A stretch of 27,385 nucleotides of DNA, taken from positions 1 through 27,385 of the IMG/VR virus record IMGVR_UViG_3300022217_000166; one strand, written 5' to 3'. The notes beneath the pieces were generated by a model. It searched no databases. It was not told the origin of the DNA and saw only the letters and a program-made list of their open reading frames with translations. Shown piece after piece: positions 1 to 7,723 of this stretch (positions are counted from its first letter, which is position 1; each line of letters begins with the position of its first letter). The position numbers and the translations under genes were made by a program. The stretch comes from a virus. Its lineage: Duplodnaviria > Caudoviricetes.

Positions 1-229
1 CGTCAAAATCAATTTCAAATGTTTTATTTTCCCTACATAATATTTTTTGCTCACATATATGGCAAATTTCTTCACTCTCCCCCTCTGTCATTTGCTTACT
101 TTGTTGGTTTGATAAATATTTTCTTAATTTTCTTAATCTGTTTTGTATTTCTTCTTGCCTTAATTTATAACAGTCTTTTATTAATTTTGAAATATCTTTC
201 TTTAAAAATTCAATTTGTTCGATTTTCAT
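1..229 (-). CDS. Hypothetical protein, partial (runs off the window start)
   Basis: Manually translated MKIEQIEFLKKDISKLIKDCYKLRQEEIQNRLRK..., open to base 1. The ATG lies in the repeated TAAACAATAAGACAATG context. Confidence 0.7.
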   Translation of the reverse strand, partial: MKIEQIEFLKKDISKLIKDCYKLRQEEIQNRLRKLRKYLSNQQSKQMTEGESEEICHICEQKILCRENKTFEIDFD

Positions 230-233
230 TGTC

Positions 234-425
234 TTATTGTTTAAAAGGTTTATTTACTGTAAAATAAGAAGGGGTTAACGGCTTATTAAATGTCATAAGG
301 CTTGCCCATAATTTACCGGTAAATAGTATTTTTATTCTTTCTTTAAAAGATAATTGCATACAAAATATGACCCGTCCCTAAGGTTCATCCACTTTGTGAG
401 CTGGTAGAGATAAATATTCTTTCAT
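234..425 (-). pseudogene. Small phage protein gene with an internal TAG (pseudogene or read-through)
   Basis: Translates as MKEYLSLPAHKVDEP*GRVIFCMQLSFKERIKILFTGKLWASLMTFNKPLTPSYFTVNKPFKQ, with TAG at 378-380. It fills the gap between its neighbours almost exactly. Confidence 0.7.
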
Positions 426-428
426 TTA

Positions 429-725
429 TTATACATTAATTTGAATTAATAAACTATCTTCGCTTATCCTTAATAGTATTGGTTGTTCTTCAATAAACAT
501 TAATATCTTTTTTAATTTATGCCATTTACAGAATACCTGTCTTATATTAGATTTCTCCTTATTAGGATGAACCGATATGCTTATTTTTCTTCCTTTGTTC
601 GTTTCTATTATCATTTTATCTTTACTAACAGAAACCTCAATAATTTTTTCATCACAAAAATCAATAAGCTCCAAATGATTATATAAATGTTCACTGCTTA
701 CTAATATATCTATTTGTTCTTTCAT
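429..725 (-). CDS. Hypothetical protein
   Basis: 98 aa ORF in a tightly packed operon, with the start-associated repeat. Confidence 0.75.
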   Translation of the reverse strand: MKEQIDILVSSEHLYNHLELIDFCDEKIIEVSVSKDKMIIETNKGRKISISVHPNKEKSNIRQVFCKWHKLKKILMFIEEQPILLRISEDSLLIQINV

Positions 726-729
726 TGTC

Positions 730-999
730 TTATTGTTTAGAGGTTAAAATAACTTCGCATTTAGGACAATATATCCCGTAATATTTCATACTACCACATA
801 AGCGACATTTCATTTCTTCACCCTTGCCATCTTTGAACTGTTTAACATAATAAGAATATTGTTTCATTAATGAATAGCAAACATCTTCTTTAACAGCAAT
901 TTTACTATTACAAAATATATCTCTAAATGTTACAAATATATTATCAGGGTCTGGATGATTTTCTAAAATCCATTCTTCCGGGCTTAGTATGTTTTCCAT
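730..999 (-). CDS. Hypothetical protein with C-terminal zinc ribbon
   Basis: CRLC...CPKC at the C-terminus; AACTAAGAACAATG start context. Confidence 0.7.
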   Translation of the reverse strand: MENILSPEEWILENHPDPDNIFVTFRDIFCNSKIAVKEDVCYSLMKQYSYYVKQFKDGKGEEMKCRLCGSMKYYGIYCPKCEVILTSKQ

Positions 1000-1009
1000 T
1001 GTTCTTAGT

Positions 1010-1183
1010 TTATGTTTTATTTAAATGTTTACGAATGTCTTTTATTTGGGATTCCCTCATTAATATCTCAAAGATTAATCTTTCCATTCTTTTATTTAAA
1101 ATTTCTTTTTCTAAAGAAGTTAGATTTTTATTTCCATCAAATAATATGATATTTGTTTTATATTCAATTTCTTCGTTTGTCAT
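1010..1183 (-). CDS. Small hypothetical protein (57 aa)
   Basis: Manually found: MTNEEIEYKTNIILFDGNKNLTSLEKEILNKRMERLIFEILMRESQIKDIRKHLNKT. Confidence 0.65.
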   Translation of the reverse strand: MTNEEIEYKTNIILFDGNKNLTSLEKEILNKRMERLIFEILMRESQIKDIRKHLNKT

Positions 1184-1278
1184 ATTGTTTTAATGTTGTT
1201 TGTTTAAAAGAGGGTAACATTATTGTTAAAATTTATAACGCTGTCACCGGCCTTCGTACCCTCTTAATTATTCACTAA

Positions 1279-1767
1279 TTATTTAAAATATATCACTAAA
1301 CTATTAACAGCATTTTTAAAATTAGGCTTTTTACAAATTACTATATCATGATCATTACCACCTTTTTCTAAATAAATAGCTATCTCTCCGGTCGTTAGAG
1401 TTTCTGCACTTAATACAAAACCATCCTTTTCTAAAACAGTTAATTTATTAAATACTTTCTCGCTTGATTTATAGCACTCCCAATTCCATTTGTTTTTTTT
1501 ATGATGCTTGTAATTTATTAAAAAATTAGAAACTTCAAATTTATTATTCTCACAAAAAGAACACGGTGGATTTATATGACAACTACAACCACCTTCAAAA
1601 ATATAAACTGAACAATCATCACAAAATTCTTCATCATTATTTTCATGCATACAAAATGAACAATCTTTGTGATCATAATTATTTCTACGATTAAAACTCT
1701 TTAATAATATTTCAGTTACATCATTTCCTGTATATAATACTGAACCATTCTCAAATTCTGTTTTCAT
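1279..1767 (-). CDS. Cys-rich putative metal-binding phage protein
   Basis: Contains CSFC, CDDC and CSCHINPPCSFC motifs. The start is re-assigned to MKTEFENG (A-rich leader, no overlap with the upstream gene). Confidence 0.75.
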   Translation of the reverse strand: MKTEFENGSVLYTGNDVTEILLKSFNRRNNYDHKDCSFCMHENNDEEFCDDCSVYIFEGGCSCHINPPCSFCENNKFEVSNFLINYKHHKKNKWNWECYKSSEKVFNKLTVLEKDGFVLSAETLTTGEIAIYLEKGGNDHDIVICKKPNFKNAVNSLVIYFK

Positions 1768-1777
1768 AATCTTGTTT

Positions 1778-1975
1778 TTAATTGTTAGATAATAAATCAC
1801 ATTCTAAATATTTTTTTGCCTCTGAGATTGCCATTTCTTTAGTTTTATAATACCATGGTTCAGATTCAATGCCTGATACCGATATAATATGCACCCATCT
1901 GAGGCCCTTCCTTCTCTCTATAACATAGCCTTTTTTATATTTCTTTACTCTTATTTCTAAATTTGTAAACCACAT
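1778..1975 (-). CDS. Hypothetical protein
   Basis: 65 aa ORF, packed in the operon. Confidence 0.7.
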   Translation of the reverse strand: MWFTNLEIRVKKYKKGYVIERRKGLRWVHIISVSGIESEPWYYKTKEMAISEAKKYLECDLLSNN

Positions 1976-1980
1976 ATAAT

Positions 1981-2121
1981 TTAATTATTAGTTCTTTCTA
2001 TATCTCTTTTTCTTCTTTCGTTTTGTTTTAACATTACATCACGCCATATTAAAACCATTTTTATATATAAAATAGCTATAATTATTGATGCTCCTAATAT
2101 AACTGATAACATAATATTCAT
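1981..2121 (-). CDS. Small single-pass membrane protein (46 aa)
   Basis: Manually found: MNIMLSVILGASIIIAILYIKMVLIWRDVMLKQNERRKRDIERTNN, a hydrophobic N-terminus with a basic tail. Confidence 0.6.
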   Translation of the reverse strand: MNIMLSVILGASIIIAILYIKMVLIWRDVMLKQNERRKRDIERTNN

Positions 2122-2132
2122 TTAATTGTTAG

Positions 2133-2630
2133 TTATTTTCTTTCTTTACTTTTAAACCTCGGAAGGTTATATTTTAAAATATCGCTTTCCATTGCGTACA
2201 TAGGCTTTTCAAATCCTTCAACCTTGATAGGTCTGAATATTTTAAAAGCATCTTGACCGTATTCCTTCATGCTTGATACTTGATAAAAATCATACAATTT
2301 AACGTTCTGATCAAAACTTAAAAACTGAGCTATTGTCGGACGTGGATAGATACAGTTTCTTATTACATGCTTAACGGCATCTTTAAGCCTTTCATCACAA
2401 AATTTACTTTCTGTTAACTCTTCTGTAAGGATATTATAAAAACCTTCGTCAAGGCTCGGAAAAGCCTCCCTAATTTTAATTAAATTATCCGTTATAGATC
2501 CGCTTGTCAGTTCTCCTGAATATAAAGAAAGCGTAAAATGATCGTTATTATCTTTTATCTCCGAGATGTTTATATAAGATTTTTGCAAGCTTTTCGTCTG
2601 AAACGGTTTTATTTGTTCGTTTTTGTCCAT
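2133..2630 (-). CDS. Replication-module protein (possible helicase loader/inhibitor)
   Basis: Overlaps the 3' end of the replication initiator and has a helical 'AVKHVIRNCIYPRPTIAQF' motif. Function is inferred from position. Confidence 0.45.
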   Translation of the reverse strand: MDKNEQIKPFQTKSLQKSYINISEIKDNNDHFTLSLYSGELTSGSITDNLIKIREAFPSLDEGFYNILTEELTESKFCDERLKDAVKHVIRNCIYPRPTIAQFLSFDQNVKLYDFYQVSSMKEYGQDAFKIFRPIKVEGFEKPMYAMESDILKYNLPRFKSKERK

Positions 2631-3318
2631 TATTCTTAATATTTAAAAGTAATTTATTAAATTGTAATCTTAATTTACTTGTCGATAGTATATTTTTTTT
2701 CCAAAATTGATCTTCTTGTAAATATCTCCAAACGGCCCGGAATTGATCTTGAGTAAATCCGTCTATTTCATACATCAATCTTATATGATCAATCCAAACC
2801 CCTTTTGCGTTTTGTATTTTTTTAATACTTCCGCCGGCATCTTTTATGTTTTTTATAAATAATTCCTGAAAAGCTTTTGTTATTTCAAGATAAAGTCCAT
2901 TGTTTTTATTTATTGGTAAATCTGAAATTTTTATTTCAGATAAAGGTCGTTTTTTATATTTATCTTTATCATTTACACTTACACTTACATTATCACTAAC
3001 ACTTACAGTTGATTTTCGTTTCTTTTCGTTAACGGTCGTTGAACGGTCGTTCTTTTTCGCTCTGCGAACTTCAGCACTCTTTTTGCCCGCTTCTACTCTT
3101 TGCACTCTTTGAGATTCCCATTTTATTAAATCACGCTTTAAAGTATTTTTCATTTGTGCAAAGATTGCACTAATAACAAAATCTTCTGTTTCGGGATTTT
3201 CATCATTAACATATGAAAGTATGTGCATTAATAAATCATAACCTTTATCTTTTGGTAGCTCTTTAAATGTATCTATCCAATCAGAATAAAATATGAATGA
3301 TTTTTTATCTTTAGCCAT
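2548..3318 (-). CDS. Phage replication initiator, DUF6291-like N-terminal domain
   Basis: MAKDKKSFIFYSDW...EAGKKSAEVR N-domain, a SVSDNVSVSV low-complexity linker, and a C-terminal DQFWKKNILSTSKLR motif. The start is moved to ATG 3318. Confidence 0.8.
   Translation of the reverse strand: MAKDKKSFIFYSDWIDTFKELPKDKGYDLLMHILSYVNDENPETEDFVISAIFAQMKNTLKRDLIKWESQRVQRVEAGKKSAEVRRAKKNDRSTTVNEKKRKSTVSVSDNVSVSVNDKDKYKKRPLSEIKISDLPINKNNGLYLEITKAFQELFIKNIKDAGGSIKKIQNAKGVWIDHIRLMYEIDGFTQDQFRAVWRYLQEDQFWKKNILSTSKLRLQFNKLLLNIKNNGQKRTNKTVSDEKLAKILYKHLGDKR
3013..3051. repeat. Iteron-like repeats, candidate replication origin inside the initiator gene
   Basis: TTTTCGTT x2 and AACGGTCGTT x2, with a TCGTT core recurring every 10-11 bp next to an AT-rich tract. 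Confidence 0.5.
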
Positions 3319-3424
3319 AATATAAAAAACCGGCAAGCACAAAAAAAGACAGCCAAACGCTAATTTGTATACTGCCTATTTTGTCCGTTGCCGGGTATTT
3401 TTTGTATGTTAATTCGATTTTCAT
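3311..3424 (-). CDS. Putative leader peptide/uORF (37 aa) overlapping the initiator start
   Basis: MKIELTYKKYPATDKIGSIQISVWLSFFVLAGFLYYG; its stop codon lies within ATGGCTAA. Confidence 0.4.
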   Translation of the reverse strand: MKIELTYKKYPATDKIGSIQISVWLSFFVLAGFLYYG

Positions 3425-3447
3425 TAGCGTTTATTTAAATACAACCT

Positions 3448-3478
3448 CAAATGTATTAATAATTTATTTAATATCAAA
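3448..3478 (-). promoter_or_regulatory. Bacteroidota sigma-A-type promoter for the replication genes
   Basis: TTTG-N19-TACATTTG on the minus strand. Confidence 0.7.
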
Positions 3479-4136
3479 ATATTTTTGTCAATTTATAACA
3501 GTTTTTCAAATTCTCTATTGTAAAGCCTTTCTCAATATAGCTTTCGGCTGTCTTTTTTACTGATTCTTTGCTGTTTTGATCGAAACAGATGTAAAATGTA
3601 AAATTTTTTAAAATTTGTTCTTTGTTTTTTATATTATAGTCAGAAAGATTATAATTGTAAACAATAGAATCATTCTTTATTTTCATATGTGCCTGTCTTT
3701 TATCTTTTATTTTATATCCTATCATGTTTATATTAGTCCAAAAATAATGTCTGTCTAAAATAGTATCAGGATTTATTAAAGGGTCGTAATATGGTCTTAC
3801 ATTCTCAATAACAAATTTACCGTAAAACCAATGTTTTAAAAATATAATTTGTTGATATAACGTCATATCCGGGTATCTATTAATACCGTTTTTGTTTAAC
3901 ATTGTATTAAGTCTTGAATGGCTTTGACAAGGCGGCGAGCTCCAGATAAAATCAAATTCCTTAAAATGATCTAATAAATACTGATGAGCATCTGTTATAA
4001 TTACTTTATCATTTGGGAAAAAGCCTTTGTAAACGGCCGCTATATTTTCATCATATTCAACAGCCGTTATATCGTGTTCATCGCCCCAAAGTTTTCTGTT
4101 CCCTCCGATACCGGCATATAAATTTAGTATTTTCAT
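3474..4136 (-). CDS. Orphan DNA (cytosine-5) methyltransferase with atypical C-terminus
   Basis: Motif I LYAGIGG, motif IV SPPCQSHS, motif VI ENV and motif VIII-like RHYFW. Confidence 0.88.
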   Translation of the reverse strand: MKILNLYAGIGGNRKLWGDEHDITAVEYDENIAAVYKGFFPNDKVIITDAHQYLLDHFKEFDFIWSSPPCQSHSRLNTMLNKNGINRYPDMTLYQQIIFLKHWFYGKFVIENVRPYYDPLINPDTILDRHYFWTNINMIGYKIKDKRQAHMKIKNDSIVYNYNLSDYNIKNKEQILKNFTFYICFDQNSKESVKKTAESYIEKGFTIENLKNCYKLTKIF

Positions 4137-4372
4137 TCAAATAATTTTGTTTGATTTTTGTTATTAATTTCTTTATCAATTCCTTTAATCGTTTTATTCA
4201 GAAAATCAACTATCTTTTTACATTCTTCTTTTTGCTCTTTTAAAAGCATAATTGAATAATCTTCGGAATAATCATTAAATTTATGCTGAGTGTTAAGCGT
4301 AGGGATTGAATAATGTATTGTATGAATCCCTTTTTTCTTGCTATGTGTTAAATAGATGTTTATTTCTGACAT
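4133..4372 (-). CDS. Hypothetical protein
   Basis: 79 aa, coupled to the methyltransferase through an ATGA overlap. Confidence 0.75.
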   Translation of the reverse strand: MSEINIYLTHSKKKGIHTIHYSIPTLNTQHKFNDYSEDYSIMLLKEQKEECKKIVDFLNKTIKGIDKEINNKNQTKLFE

Positions 4373-4566
4373 TATTTTATCAATTTAAAAGTAAAAAAAT
4401 AGCAATAAGCTAAGTTGAAAAGTAAGATTACAAGCATTAAACCGTTGCCTAAATTTATGCTATAATAAGCCATAAAAAGAGCCTCTAAGCAAAAAACTAA
4501 CCCGTTTAGTAATAAGTATAATATTATTGTTAAAATGCCTTTAAAAAGGCTCTTAAGTTGTTTCAT
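4372..4566 (-). CDS. Small membrane protein (2 TM)
   Basis: Two hydrophobic stretches; translationally coupled on both sides. Confidence 0.7.
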   Translation of the reverse strand: MKQLKSLFKGILTIILYLLLNGLVFCLEALFMAYYSINLGNGLMLVILLFNLAYCYFFTFKLIK

Positions 4567-5069
4567 GTTAATAATTCAGGGTTTTCAAATATATTACCTA
4601 TTACTTCCCATCTATACTCTCTTAAATCATATGTAGAAAAATTTACCCCCTCTTCTGCTGACATTTCAACAGACAGCCTGTGCATAGGTAATAAATCATA
4701 TTGTTTTTGCAAGTCTCTTTTTTTCTCTTTATTAGCAAATATAAATTTTGGTGCCCATTCACGCCTGTACCATTCCCATTTATCCGTAAATTCTAAAATA
4801 TCACCCTCATAAATTCCTTTTCCGTTTTTGTCTTTTAATCCGGTGTATTGCGTTAAGATATACCTTTCATTATTTACTATTTCTCTAAAACTACATTTAT
4901 TAAAATTTAATGCAGTATCAAAGTCATTTTTATCAATTTTTTTAAATCCGATTGCAGTATCAGAAATGCATAAATTATTATTATTTCTATCTGTTAATTG
5001 ATTTCTGCAACCGTGACCAAAACATTCAAGTTTTTTATCCCAAACTCTGAATTTTATTTCTCTGTTCAT
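4563..5069 (-). CDS. YopX family protein
   Basis: MNREIKFRVWD...QYTGLKDKNGKGIYEGDIL...EVIGNIFENPELL signature. Confidence 0.93.
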   Translation of the reverse strand: MNREIKFRVWDKKLECFGHGCRNQLTDRNNNNLCISDTAIGFKKIDKNDFDTALNFNKCSFREIVNNERYILTQYTGLKDKNGKGIYEGDILEFTDKWEWYRREWAPKFIFANKEKKRDLQKQYDLLPMHRLSVEMSAEEGVNFSTYDLREYRWEVIGNIFENPELLT

Positions 5070-5344
5070 AATTCTTTATATTTCCTAAGTAAATTATAAT
5101 CGTTAATTAAATCAATATGTAATTCCCGATACCACTTATTAAACTGTGATATTGTAATATGATCGTCGTTGCTTCTGCCGGCAATTATTCTATTTTGTAA
5201 TTCCCGCATCATAAACCGTTTAAAAGATTCAGTTGCCAAACGTTCATTAAAAACATTATATATAAATCTTGCCCGGAGTTTAACAGCCTCGCTTTTAATT
5301 TCTGAGATCTGATTTTCTAAGGTGTTCTTTTGTAGGTTTGTCAT
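5066..5344 (-). CDS. Hypothetical protein
   Basis: 92 aa, ATGA overlap with YopX. Confidence 0.7.
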   Translation of the reverse strand: MTNLQKNTLENQISEIKSEAVKLRARFIYNVFNERLATESFKRFMMRELQNRIIAGRSNDDHITISQFNKWYRELHIDLINDYNLLRKYKEL

Positions 5345-5672
5345 GATTCTTATCTTGTTTTTCTTTTATAATAGTATCGTATGCCGTTAATATAATTCCG
5401 TTTGAATGTTTTTCAATCTCTCTTATAAGCTCATGAGTATGAAGGTTCCGATGATTAATATCAAGCCTCCTGCAGATTTTTATAAGCATTGTTTTCCTTA
5501 GAAGACTTAAAAGGGGAAGTTTTTCATGTTTCTTTAAAATACTTTCTCCTGACAGTTTAGAAAGGTTTACAATATAATAACTTACATGTTTAATACTTTC
5601 AACTTTCCAACCTTCTTTTATTAATCGGTTTATTTGTACATCAAAATCTTCTACTTTTATTTTCCGTTTCAT
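5295..5672 (-). CDS. Hypothetical protein, possible Rho-N/HeH-like nucleic-acid-binding motif
   Basis: LRKTMLIKICRRLDINHRNLHTHELIREI resembles a helix-extension-helix motif. Confidence 0.55.
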   Translation of the reverse strand: MKRKIKVEDFDVQINRLIKEGWKVESIKHVSYYIVNLSKLSGESILKKHEKLPLLSLLRKTMLIKICRRLDINHRNLHTHELIREIEKHSNGIILTAYDTIIKEKQDKNHDKPTKEHLRKSDLRN

Positions 5673-5689
5673 GATAAGGGGCTTTTAAA

Positions 5690-6778
5690 TCATTTTATTC
5701 CAAGTAAATATTCATCAATTAACGTTTTTAAACCTTCATAATCTGATTTATATTCCTCAGACTCGAAAGAATATTTTTCCTTAATTGTATTCAAATCGTT
5801 TAAAAGATCCTGAAATTTTTCTGAATCCCCTTTTTTAAGTTCTTCTTGAATCCTTACTTCTTCAGCTTTTTTAATTTTTTCCTCAGCAATTCTTTTTTCT
5901 TCAAGTTCCTTTTTAATTCTTTCTTTTTCTTTACGTTCTTTCTCAAGGTTAGCTTCATATATTTTTTGCTGTTTCTTCTCCTGCTCTTTGTGTTTTTTTT
6001 CTTCTGCAAGGCGTTTTTTCTCCTTTCTCAGAGCTTCTTTTTTAAGTTGTTCATTCTCCTTTCGGATTTGCTCCTGTTCTTTCAAGTGTTCTTCTTTCCT
6101 TATTTTTAACAATTCAAGGAACTTATTAAAAACATCTTCTGAGCATTCCTTTAAATTAAGGGTTAGTTCATTTGTTTTGATAAAATCATTATAGGGAATA
6201 AGGCTTTCCTGTCTTAAGAGAGCAATTTTGTCTTTCCTTATACTCTCAAGCCGTTCTTTTTCGGCTTTTTTTGCAGCTTCTTTTGCTTGTTTAAAGTTTG
6301 TTTTAACGCCTGTTAAATAATGATTCCAAACTTCATCCGGCATTTCTCCGAGGTTCCCGGGGATAACTTCAACTTCATATTTTTCAAGGTTGTTTGCTCT
6401 TTCCAATTGTAAAAGAGAAATTCTTTCTTGTTCTAAGTTTTCAAAATGATCTTCAATTCTTGAAAGTTTTTCTTCAATTTCGAGGGATGCAAATTTTTGG
6501 GCGTTTTTCCAACCATCAACAAAGCGACCGCCGGCAAGATAAAAGGCTTTTTGGGCTTTGTGAATTTCGGCTGTTCCGGTCCTTACTTTAACATATTTTA
6601 AGCGCAATGTTTTTGCCTTTTTACATGTTTCTTCATTGATTTCAAGCTTTACAATCTCATTAAATTCTTCTTCAAGTTCAACCATCTCTTTCAACATTGG
6701 CTGAAATTGTTCTTTAATTTGTTTAGCCTTTACTTCTTCAAGGCCATAATCAGAATAATTAATTTTTACTATTTCCAT
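5690..6778 (-). CDS. Coiled-coil protein of the recombination module
   Basis: 362 aa, rich in E/K heptads, directly downstream of the exonuclease. Confidence 0.75.
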   Translation of the reverse strand: MEIVKINYSDYGLEEVKAKQIKEQFQPMLKEMVELEEEFNEIVKLEINEETCKKAKTLRLKYVKVRTGTAEIHKAQKAFYLAGGRFVDGWKNAQKFASLEIEEKLSRIEDHFENLEQERISLLQLERANNLEKYEVEVIPGNLGEMPDEVWNHYLTGVKTNFKQAKEAAKKAEKERLESIRKDKIALLRQESLIPYNDFIKTNELTLNLKECSEDVFNKFLELLKIRKEEHLKEQEQIRKENEQLKKEALRKEKKRLAEEKKHKEQEKKQQKIYEANLEKERKEKERIKKELEEKRIAEEKIKKAEEVRIQEELKKGDSEKFQDLLNDLNTIKEKYSFESEEYKSDYEGLKTLIDEYLLGIK

Positions 6779-6782
6779 ATTT

Positions 6783-7394
6783 TTAGTTATTTATATTATG
6801 TAGATAAGTTTGTTTTAATATTATTGCCTCCTGAAGTCTTTTTTCAAGAAGTTGTTGATCCTGTTGATCTCTTTTGACTTCAAGAACAAACATTTTATTG
6901 ATTCCTTCAAATTCGGGATGATAAGAAACAAAATCCCAACGATCAAAGTTATAAGCTTTCATTTGCATTTGAATTTGCCAATAATATTCCGGCCTGAGTT
7001 TTTTAAATTCTTCCTGAGACTTAAGCAAAAGATTTTTTGTATGATTAGACCGGTTAAAAGGGCATTTTATCTCAATTCCTTTTTCTTCTCCTTCAATTAA
7101 CCGATCAGGAGAAACCCCGGCATGGTCGTTAATTCTTTTCCAAGCATCCTTGATAAGTTTAACTTTGAATACTTTTGCATAATGTTCAGCAGCGAACGGC
7201 TCCAAGCGGTTTCCCCATTCAATTGCAGGGGCGTTAATTTCATTCCATAATTGCGTTAACTCTTCGGTTACTTTTTCAATAATATATGTTATTCCTCCTT
7301 GAGTAATTTTTGTTTTACCCATTAATTCAAATATTTTAGAAGCTGAAAATTTTCCAAGCTTTTCAACTTGCCACTCAATTGATCCTTGTTTCAT
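6783..7394 (-). CDS. YqaJ-like (lambda exonuclease family) viral recombinase nuclease
   Basis: QGSIEW, SAS, WGNRLEP, SPD-x-EIKCP and YYWQIQMQM motifs. Confidence 0.93.
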   Translation of the reverse strand: MKQGSIEWQVEKLGKFSASKIFELMGKTKITQGGITYIIEKVTEELTQLWNEINAPAIEWGNRLEPFAAEHYAKVFKVKLIKDAWKRINDHAGVSPDRLIEGEEKGIEIKCPFNRSNHTKNLLLKSQEEFKKLRPEYYWQIQMQMKAYNFDRWDFVSYHPEFEGINKMFVLEVKRDQQDQQLLEKRLQEAIILKQTYLHNINN

Positions 7395-7723
7395 GTGATT
7401 TGATTTAATAGTTTTTTAATTCCTCTACCATCTTTTATGCTTTTACCTGAATACCAACCGGAATAAGGATAAAAATAAATCATTTCATTCTCAAAAATAA
7501 ATTCAAGCTTAACTTCATTAAAATCCCATATTTCAAAACCGGCTTTCTCAATTTCTTTTAAAGCATAATTCATCCTTTCGGCTTGCAGCTTTCTTTTTCT
7601 TGAATTTTTGGTATCATACATGCTTTTATATCTTAGATTTGTGAATTTATAACCGTTCATACAAATGGGACCTCCCCCAATAAAGAAGGAGGAACCCTTT
7701 ATGCAAGTATTATTTTTTTTCAT
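7391..7723 (-). CDS. Hypothetical protein between RecT and the exonuclease
   Basis: FYPYSGWYSGKSIKDGRGIKKLL motif; the true start may be an internal Met. Confidence 0.7.
   Translation of the reverse strand: MKKNNTCIKGSSFFIGGGPICMNGYKFTNLRYKSMYDTKNSRKRKLQAERMNYALKEIEKAGFEIWDFNEVKLEFIFENEMIYFYPYSGWYSGKSIKDGRGIKKLLNQIT

Noticed and set aside
5690-6778. SMC/ATPase or TolA call for the coiled-coil protein
   Set aside because: There are no Walker motifs or TM anchor; the resemblance is only low-complexity E/K content.
19-7100. Plus-strand ORFs in the left arm (19-267, 927-1193, 2900-3112, 3381-3563, 4558-4812, 5846-6109, 5988-6194, 6394-6591, 6852-7100)
   Set aside because: They are F/L/S-rich antisense shadows of K/E-rich minus-strand genes or of the leader region.
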